The notes beneath the pieces were generated by a model. That model was not told the DNA's origin. It worked only from the letters and a program-made list of their open reading frames with translations, and searched no databases. A DNA stretch of 64,000 bases from Podarcis cretensis (Eukaryota): the NCBI GenBank assembly GCA_951804945.1, contig OX638164.1, positions 22,878,001 to 22,942,000 on the forward strand, written 5' to 3'. Shown here piece by piece: positions 63,036 to 64,000 of this stretch (the first letter of the stretch is position 1; every line of letters starts with the position of its first letter). The position numbers and the translations under genes are program-made.

Positions 63036-64000
63036 GTTAAAAAAACCCTCAAAAGCGTTTTTGTTTTTTAAAAAAGAGAAAACAATAGTGGTCTTCAACT
63101 GGTTGAGATCCACCTCTGACTGCCCACTTTCACATAGTCACTATAGATTTTATGATGGAATAGTTTATTGTTTCAATATTAATGGTCATAATATCAACCA
63201 CAGGGGAAAAAATTATATAGAACCTATATATATATTGAAATATACCAAAAGTAATAATAATAACAGTACTCCAAAATGTTAACATACAAATGGTTAAAGG
63301 AAACTAATATATTAAAATCATCCCATTAAATACTTGCAGTTCACCATATTTACCTCAATAAAATTTCTCAGCTTTTGGGCAGCCGCTGCAAATCTCGCAG
63401 CTGTCCCAACAGATAAGTGATGTTCACTTGATCACCATCTGGTATCATGCTTAACAAATTCAGAATAAACTGTCCTCTGTTTAGAATGAAAAGAGCAGTA
63501 AAATAAATAATGATAAAAGATCTGCTGCTTGAGCCACACATATGGTATAAGACTGGCTGTGTATGTACTATGCATTTGTTTTTAAAAAAATCTTACTATT
63601 TTTTTCACAAAGAAAAAAAGCGTTACAAATTTTTACATAAACCATAAGTTACTTTATCAATTGACTTCCCATCCTCCCCTTTCATGGTTTCTGTATTTAG
63701 CCTCAAATGCTGTGTATTTTGCCTATACTATTCAATACATTCAATTTAACCTATTTATCTTAATAATTCACACTGTTGCTCATATTTCAAATGGGTGGGG
63801 TATAAATAAATATATTATTATTATTACTATTATTATTTCTGTGCAAGGGAGGAGGATGGGGCTGAAACTTAGAAGATCTCTTTGCCTCCAAAGCAACCCC
63901 ATCAAGTCCAGGGATCAACCGCTGCACTTGTCTGTGTGCAAAGATCACCAGTGTTGAAGCAATGATTCTTCAACATCAACGTCGTTGGACTGGTCATGTG

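Overview
Eukaryotic genomic DNA from a squamate reptile, most likely a lacertid lizard, inferred from Sauria SINEs, Bov-B and MIR-derived SINEs. Two protein-coding genes lie on the minus strand in the vertebrate order SC5D then SORL1. SC5D (lathosterol oxidase / sterol C5-desaturase) has a complete CDS in four coding exons (61065-60856, 59625-59493, 57279-57179, 55733-55281; 298 aa), a probable non-coding exon 1 and a CpG-island promoter at about 62.3-63.0 kb. SORL1 is represented by coding exon 1 (9120-8797) in a CpG island, and intron 1 runs off the left end of the window. The roughly 45 kb between the genes and the introns are dense in transposons: Sauria SINEs of two subfamilies, tRNA- and MIR-derived SINEs, Bov-B, L1 and CR1 fragments, two solo LTRs and several MITE families, many with clear target-site duplications (TSDs) and nesting. 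There is one 425-bp assembly gap. I see no convincing new protein-coding system. The best novelty candidate is a full-length, about 1.7-kb, apparently non-coding polyadenylated retroelement (21814-23534) with a highly structured GC-rich 5' leader. Next are hairpin-cored MITEs and candidate regulatory elements. Repeat family names come from recognition, not database searches.
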